From a virus: 64,000 nt of DNA. This document shows, one piece after another, positions 59,250 through 64,000 of this stretch. Location: the IMG/VR virus record IMGVR_UViG_3300008952_000004, positions 32,001-96,000 of that record, one strand, 5' to 3'. Under the pieces are notes generated by a model, which was not told the origin of the DNA, made no database searches, and was given only the letters and a program-made list of their open reading frames with translations. Every line of letters begins with the position of its first letter. Positions within the stretch are counted from its first letter, which is position 1. The position numbers and the translations under genes are program-made.

Positions 59250-59799
59250 TATTACAATAAAGGTTAATGCTCCGGAAAGTGAACCTGCTCCACAAACAAC
59301 CGTGGAACTTATAGCTAGGAAAACCCTTGATGGCAACATTCTGATTATGGATCATGAGGAAATCGATATTGTTGTATATCCAGAAAATAAAAAAATACTG
59401 GCTTTAGCCAAGGAAAGTTTCCGACATACAGTATACGAAACACAGGAACGTTTTTTTAAATTTTTGTGGAAAACCGGAGTTATTGATATGTCTTCTATAC
59501 AAGCGGGCAATATATTTGCTTCTATGGAGGGGGCAATTCTTGAATCTTCCTCTGAAGGCGTTGATTCAATCCAGATGGCAATGCTCTCTATAGATAAGTT
59601 TATGAACGAAGAAAGACCATATTTTATGGTCAGCAAAGCATACGAGAAAGCTGAACTGGAGCGTTTGACAGAACCGGACGCCGATGAGAGCACTGAAATG
59701 GGAGAAGTCCCTAGCGCCGAAGAAAAGGGAGCGCTGGGCACCGCCTTGGCATATGGAACGGGCGGCGCACATCAGCAACGCGGCAGGCGCTACGTTTAA
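59242..59799 (+). CDS. Hypothetical acidic protein
   Basis: Operonic ORF with GGAG RBS. Confidence 0.7.
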   Translation: MADITIKVNAPESEPAPQTTVELIARKTLDGNILIMDHEEIDIVVYPENKKILALAKESFRHTVYETQERFFKFLWKTGVIDMSSIQAGNIFASMEGAILESSSEGVDSIQMAMLSIDKFMNEERPYFMVSKAYEKAELERLTEPDADESTEMGEVPSAEEKGALGTALAYGTGGAHQQRGRRYV

Positions 59800-59808
59800 G
59801 AGGTACAT

Positions 59809-60117
59809 TTGAGTTTAATATATTTTATTTTATGTGCGTTCGGAATGACGCAAATTATAACTTATGGAAAGCTATTTGATGCCATTAGACCCGGCTGTGA
59901 CAAATACTTGGGTTTTTTTCATTGTCCGATGTGTATCGGGTTTTGGGTCGGTGCTTTTCTGTGCGGAATAAACACTTATACCGAACTATTTATTTTTGAA
60001 ATAAATGTTACGAACATTTTTTTGTTAGGGTGCTTGAGTTCTGGAACTTCATATATTTTAAGCACCCTTTTTGATGATTGGGGTATAAGAAGTGAACATT
60101 TTACAAGAAGAGAATAA
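59809..60117 (+). CDS. DUF1360-like membrane protein with CxxC
   Basis: TTG start after GAGG; three hydrophobic segments; FHCPMCIGFWVG. Confidence 0.65.
   Translation: MSLIYFILCAFGMTQIITYGKLFDAIRPGCDKYLGFFHCPMCIGFWVGAFLCGINTYTELFIFEINVTNIFLLGCLSSGTSYILSTLFDDWGIRSEHFTRRE
59985..59994 (+). promoter_or_regulatory. Possible internal late promoter (CTAWTTA motif)
   Basis: ACTATTTATT, upstream of the micro-ORF and prohead protease. Confidence 0.4.
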
Positions 60118-60124
60118 AACAATT

Positions 60125-60175
60125 ATGAAACGTTGGGGGTTACAACCAGTACGGCGATGCTGTAAAGGTTCGTGA
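60125..60175 (+). CDS. Micro-ORF MKRWGLQPVRRCCKGS (may start at GTG 60092, 27 aa)
   Basis: Fills the gap between the DUF1360-like gene and the protease; too short for the ORF track. Confidence 0.35.
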   Translation: MKRWGLQPVRRCCKGS

Positions 60176-60180
60176 CTCGC

Positions 60181-60195
60181 GCAGGTAATGCCTGC
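60181..60195 (+). other. GC-rich hairpin directly before the protease RBS
   Basis: GCAGG-TAATG-CCTGC followed by AAAAAGGAG. Confidence 0.6.
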
Positions 60196-60209
60196 AAAAA
60201 GGAGTAAGG

Positions 60210-60815
60210 ATGTCTAAATTAGTTTTACGAGAATATTTTGAACTTTGTGAAGGTGGCGTGTGCCAAGATTTTTTAACCGAGGCAGAAAAAGCTGAAGTCA
60301 AAAACGGTACGCTGTACTTGACTGGGATAATGCAGAAATCTAATACACCTAACGGCAATGGTCGGGTTTATCCTGACAAGGTTCTCCGTCGCGAGGTTGA
60401 AAATTATAAAAAACTTGTTAAAGAGCGCCGCGCACTTGGTGAGTTGGATCACCCAGAAGATTCGGTCATCAACTTGAAGAACGCTTCCCACATGGTTACC
60501 GATATTTGGTGGGACGGTCAGAGTGTAATGGGAAAAGTAAAGGTTCTCAATACCCCTTCTGGTAGAATTCTTCAAGACCTAGTGAGTTCAGGAGTTACAC
60601 TTGGAATATCTTCACGTGGACTAGGTTCCGTGCACGAATCTAACAATGGCGCAGCTATTGTAGAAGATGACTTCCAGTTAATTTGTTTTGATTTTGTGTC
60701 AGAACCATCGACCCCCGGCGCCTATATGATGAAAGAACATAAGGAGCCTAATATTTTTACAAAGGCAGATCGAATCAATCGAGCTTTGAACGACATTATA
60801 ACGAGCGTGGAATGA
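60210..60815 (+). CDS. Prohead core protease (T4 gp21-like)
   Basis: NGNGRVYP, ALGELDHP, LGISSRGLGS, DFVSEPSTPGA. Confidence 0.93.
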   Translation: MSKLVLREYFELCEGGVCQDFLTEAEKAEVKNGTLYLTGIMQKSNTPNGNGRVYPDKVLRREVENYKKLVKERRALGELDHPEDSVINLKNASHMVTDIWWDGQSVMGKVKVLNTPSGRILQDLVSSGVTLGISSRGLGSVHESNNGAAIVEDDFQLICFDFVSEPSTPGAYMMKEHKEPNIFTKADRINRALNDIITSVE

Positions 60816-61234
60816 AAAAAGAACAAATTAAAGAAACCTTAAAGCCTATAATCAAGCAGTGTATTAAGGAGGTACTCTTCGAGGAAGGGGTACTTTCAGG
60901 CATTGTGTCAGAGGTTGTTCAGGGCTTGGGACGTCCCGCAGAGGTTATTCGAGAGGATAACAATAATGTGACAGAATCCTCAGCACACCGAGAAAGAGAG
61001 TTGTACATACAACAAGCCAGAGAAGAACACAGGAAAGAAATAGAAGCTCAACGGAAATCGTTGAATGAGTCTATATCTTCTCGCTTTGGTGGTGTTGATT
61101 TATTTGAAGGGACAGCGCCTATTTCTAAGGCTGGTTCCCCAGACGGTACCGTCACGCCAACCGGAGCCCTCCAAGGGGTGGACCCGAGCGATTCCGGTGT
61201 GGATATATCACGCTTGGGAATATTTGGAAAATAA
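60812..61234 (+). CDS. Hypothetical protein, 140 aa
   Basis: ATGA overlap with the protease; LKPIIKQCIKEVLFEEG.LS.IV.EV. Confidence 0.7.
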   Translation: MKKEQIKETLKPIIKQCIKEVLFEEGVLSGIVSEVVQGLGRPAEVIREDNNNVTESSAHRERELYIQQAREEHRKEIEAQRKSLNESISSRFGGVDLFEGTAPISKAGSPDGTVTPTGALQGVDPSDSGVDISRLGIFGK

Positions 61235-61244
61235 AGGAAGACCA

Positions 61245-61460
61245 ATGGCAAAACGCCCTATCAACGTAGAAATTAAACCTAAACACAACGAACATCCGGA
61301 TCGGCTTATCCGCCGCTTTACCAGAAAGGTAAAAAAAGAAGGTATTTTGGATGAAGTTCGGGAAAGAAGATATTATGAAAAACCTTCTACCCGTAAACGA
61401 AAAGAAAAAATTAGAAGAAAGCGTCTTGCTAAGCGAGAACAAGAGAAGAACAGTAAATAA
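61245..61460 (+). CDS. rpsU: Ribosomal protein bS21
   Basis: 71 aa, highly basic; V.V/I...E..DRLIRRFTRKVKKEGILDEVRERRYYEKPSTRKRK signature; AAGGA RBS. Confidence 0.93.
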   Translation: MAKRPINVEIKPKHNEHPDRLIRRFTRKVKKEGILDEVRERRYYEKPSTRKRKEKIRRKRLAKREQEKNSK

Positions 61461-61463
61461 TAG

Positions 61464-61473
61464 ACTATTTATA
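61464..61473 (+). promoter_or_regulatory. Putative late promoter (CTAWTTA motif)
   Basis: ACTATTTATA just after the bS21 stop, followed by GAGGAG. Confidence 0.6.
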
Positions 61474-61489
61474 GTACGAGGAGAACACA

Positions 61490-61897
61490 ATGGCAACAGG
61501 AAGATCAACATGGCAAAGCTATGGACGCACACGGTGTCCCAAAAATATAGCAGGGGCACACGGCACCGCAGTTACGGTTCTTGCCCACGACGCCGTTCCA
61601 TCAGGTATAACAGCGACCAATGGCTCTGGAGGTTATTCGACTGAAAATCAAAGATATTTACACGTGACGGTTGATAACGCTGGAACAGATGATCCCGGTG
61701 AGGATATTGAGGTCTGGGCGTATTCACATTTTTCTGGCGTGTGGTCAATTTTTACTACTATTAATTGCGATGCCATAACTCAAAATACAACATATGTAAT
61801 TGAGATTTACGGCGCCGACCGCGTTGCTTTTGTTACAGGCGGATCCGGCGCATTTGATCACGCTCCTGCCGTTTACGCAGCTTGCAGCACATTTTAG
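61490..61897 (+). CDS. Hypothetical beta-rich virion protein
   Basis: Strong RBS; beta-sandwich-like pattern (YLHVTV, IEVWAYS, YVIEIYGADRVAFV). Confidence 0.65.
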   Translation: MATGRSTWQSYGRTRCPKNIAGAHGTAVTVLAHDAVPSGITATNGSGGYSTENQRYLHVTVDNAGTDDPGEDIEVWAYSHFSGVWSIFTTINCDAITQNTTYVIEIYGADRVAFVTGGSGAFDHAPAVYAACSTF

Positions 61898-61907
61898 GAG
61901 GTAGTTT

Positions 61908-62636
61908 ATGGGAGGCTTCGCTAAATTTAGTAAGAATTTTGGTCGTGGATCCGTCGGAGGCGGCGCCGTAACCCTTCAGGACCTTACTGATGTGGGCTGG
62001 ACTCTTCCGACGGAGGCAGAAAACCGCGAAGTGTTAACCTATAACGGCAGCAAATGGACACCCTCAGATACCCCTCCTTTTTTGGAGGGTGGAGACACAG
62101 GTGGTGGTGATCGCACCATTGGTAACAAGGACTCATATGCTCTAAATCTATCTACCAACAACTCCACTCGAATGCAAATCAAAAATGATGGTTATATCGG
62201 TATCGGTTCGACTGGGGCAGACGTCACGCACAAACTTACACTTCCAAATGATTCGAATGGAAATAACGGTAAAGCAAAAGCCTTTGCTTGGGCAACTTAT
62301 TCATCTAGACGATATAAGGAAAATATTGAGCCTATTAAAAATCCGCTTGGGATCATCAATAATATTGAAGGGGTGACATATAACTGGAAAGATTCTGGAT
62401 ATAGCGATATTGGATTTGTTGCAGAAGAAGTTGGTAAAGTTGTACCTTGTGTGGTTGACTATGAAGAGAACGGCACAGACGCTATAGCGATGGATTATAC
62501 ACGCCTTAATGCAATACTGGTTGAAGCCGTGAAAGCACAAGACCAAAAAATAAAAAAATTAATTAATTTAATCGATTCAGTCCATGAAATCCAGCGCAGC
62601 AAAATAAACTCAATCTGTACTATTCTGAAGCCATAA
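61908..62636 (+). CDS. Short fibre protein with C-terminal S74 intramolecular chaperone
   Basis: YSSRRYKENI...GVTYNWK...IGFVAEEV..V.P.VV...DYTRLNAILVEAVK plus coiled coil. Confidence 0.9.
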   Translation: MGGFAKFSKNFGRGSVGGGAVTLQDLTDVGWTLPTEAENREVLTYNGSKWTPSDTPPFLEGGDTGGGDRTIGNKDSYALNLSTNNSTRMQIKNDGYIGIGSTGADVTHKLTLPNDSNGNNGKAKAFAWATYSSRRYKENIEPIKNPLGIINNIEGVTYNWKDSGYSDIGFVAEEVGKVVPCVVDYEENGTDAIAMDYTRLNAILVEAVKAQDQKIKKLINLIDSVHEIQRSKINSICTILKP

Positions 62637-62642
62637 AATTCG

Positions 62643-62652
62643 ACTAATTAGT
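62643..62652 (+). promoter_or_regulatory. Putative late promoter (CTAWTTA motif)
   Basis: ACTAATTAGT in the intergenic gap. Confidence 0.5.
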
Positions 62653-62716
62653 AGGAACATTTGCAAAGGGCACTGGACCCAGCGCATTTGTTTTTTATTT
62701 TGGGAGGAATAAATTT

Positions 62717-64000
62717 ATGGCTACAGAATATGGAAGATATTCAATCGGGGTTGAAACAAATCACAGTGATACAAACACTGACCCCAGCGGGGCGTCCGGA
62801 GAGGCGTCCATTTTTGTCTCAGGCTCAGGCACTGCGGCAAAATTTTATCAGGTTAACGGTAATGGAGACAAGGGTACGGTTTTGACAACCGACATCGTTT
62901 CCGGTGACGCAACCATGAGTGCCGCAGGCGCACTCACAATTGCAGCAGGCGCTGTTGAAAACAGTATGCTTGCAGATGATGCTGTTGACAGCGACGAAAT
63001 CGCCGCAGGGGCAATTGACACTGCACACATTGCAGATAATCAAGTAACTCTTGCTAAGATGGCGGGATTGGCTCGCGGTAAGCTTATTTACGGTGATGCT
63101 TCTGGTGACCCTGCGGCTCTTGCTGCTGGCGGAAACGGGAAGCTTCTCGTTGCTGACGCAAACGGCGACCTTTCGTGGACTACTTTGAGTGGCGATGCCA
63201 CTTTAAGCGCAGGCGCTCTTACAATTGCTGCTACATCGGTTGAAGGCTCTATGCTTAACAACAACGTGGTTAGTGGATTGACAGACATTGGCGCTGATTT
63301 CGCAACAACTGACGAGATCCTCGTTAGTGACAATGGTACGATTCGTCGTGCCGATCTTTCGCGATTTTCGCCACTGTTGGCTGGCACTGTCACAACGAGT
63401 GGTCTTGCAGACAACTCTGGAGTACTTCAAGTTGACATTAATAATTTGACTGCCGAGACAGCCGTAACAGATGCAGATCTTGTTATGGTTTATGACGCAA
63501 CGGCTAGCGCCCTTCGCAAGATGACTCGCGCAAACTTTATTGAGAGTGTTGCTCTCGATTCCATCAATATTGACGGTGGAGCAATTGACGGCACTCCAAT
63601 CGGTGCAAACTCTGCTGCGGCAGGTACATTTGCTGCACTTAAATGGTCTTCGCTTAGTGGTTCCGGTAATGCTGAAGTTGTAGGTACAATCGCTTCGACT
63701 GGTGCAATTGCATCTAGTGGCTCGATCACCGCTGGTTCAAGCTTTATTATTGGTTCTGCTGACATGAACGAGGCTGACTTGGAGAAGCTTGATGGTATTA
63801 CCAACGGTACTGCCGCTGCAAGCAAAGCAGTTGTTCTTGATGCTAGCAAAAATATTGCAACCCTCGGTACCGTTGGTTGTGGTGCTATCACCTCAACTGG
63901 CGCTTCGTCCATGGGTTCGTTGAACATTGGCGGCACGCTAGCGTGTGACACGAGCTTCACTATTGATGCCGTGGTTTTAAACGCTACCGAGCTTGGATAC
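62717..64000 (+). CDS. Ala/Gly/Ser/Thr-rich fibre-like protein, 3'-truncated, absent from the ORF track
   Basis: GGAGG RBS; MATEYGRYSIGVETN... open for 428 codons to the window end; about 10-aa repeats (GAVENSMLA, DAVDSDEIA, GAIDTAHIA, NQVTLAKMA). Confidence 0.88.
   Translation, partial: MATEYGRYSIGVETNHSDTNTDPSGASGEASIFVSGSGTAAKFYQVNGNGDKGTVLTTDIVSGDATMSAAGALTIAAGAVENSMLADDAVDSDEIAAGAIDTAHIADNQVTLAKMAGLARGKLIYGDASGDPAALAAGGNGKLLVADANGDLSWTTLSGDATLSAGALTIAATSVEGSMLNNNVVSGLTDIGADFATTDEILVSDNGTIRRADLSRFSPLLAGTVTTSGLADNSGVLQVDINNLTAETAVTDADLVMVYDATASALRKMTRANFIESVALDSINIDGGAIDGTPIGANSAAAGTFAALKWSSLSGSGNAEVVGTIASTGAIASSGSITAGSSFIIGSADMNEADLEKLDGITNGTAAASKAVVLDASKNIATLGTVGCGAITSTGASSMGSLNIGGTLACDTSFTIDAVVLNATELGY

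Noticed and set aside
60173-60217. Selenocysteine readthrough at TGA followed by a hairpin
   Set aside because: The stem starts only 5 nt after TGA and is short, the context is not CxxU, and readthrough adds just 13 unremarkable residues after the TGA codon.
1-64000. Minus-strand and nested alternative-frame ORFs in the track
   Set aside because: All are short shadows of long + strand genes, with no recognisable motifs or RBS.
1-64000. CRISPR arrays, tRNA or rRNA genes, transposases, introns, inteins
   Set aside because: Almost no intergenic space, no repeat-spacer pattern or cloverleaf seen, and TerL, primase and portal core show no insertions.
1-64000. Stop-codon reassignment
   Set aside because: Multi-kilobase ORFs are intact in the standard code, and TAA, TGA and TAG all end genes cleanly.

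Overview
All supportable genes lie on the + strand, are tightly packed and use the standard genetic code. The window looks like part of a large myophage genome with T4-like head modules, probably infecting a Gram-negative host that uses Shine-Dalgarno sites. Gene order: (1) 1-7.5 kb, a nucleotide-sugar cluster (UDP-glucose dehydrogenase, nucleotidyltransferase, a RuBisCO-like form IV protein, a phosphodiesterase-like protein, a GT-like protein, two SDRs, RmlC-like cupin, DUF962, RmlD-like reductase); (2) 7.5-9.6 kb, small genes, an FmdB zinc ribbon and a gp55-like late sigma factor; (3) 9.6-46 kb, baseplate/tail genes, including a gp5-like hub with three hydrolase domains, gp25- and gp6-like wedge proteins, and 2353-aa and 3234-aa giants; (4) 46-50.8 kb, RuvC-like resolvase, primase and a single-chain SbcD-SbcC fusion, with sigma70 promoters hidden inside the preceding CDSs; (5) a holin/spanin-like cassette and a fibre; (6) TerL, portal, prohead protease, ribosomal protein bS21, an S74-chaperoned fibre and a fibre ORF running off the end. 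Strongest leads: a RuBisCO-like protein inside a phage sugar pathway, and a strong [S/T]-G-S enrichment confined to a subset of virion proteins. Together these may indicate a phage-encoded virion glycosylation system, which is inference only. A CTAWTTA late-promoter motif and an apparently split tail-collar domain are also notable. All assignments come from motif recognition by eye; no searches were run.
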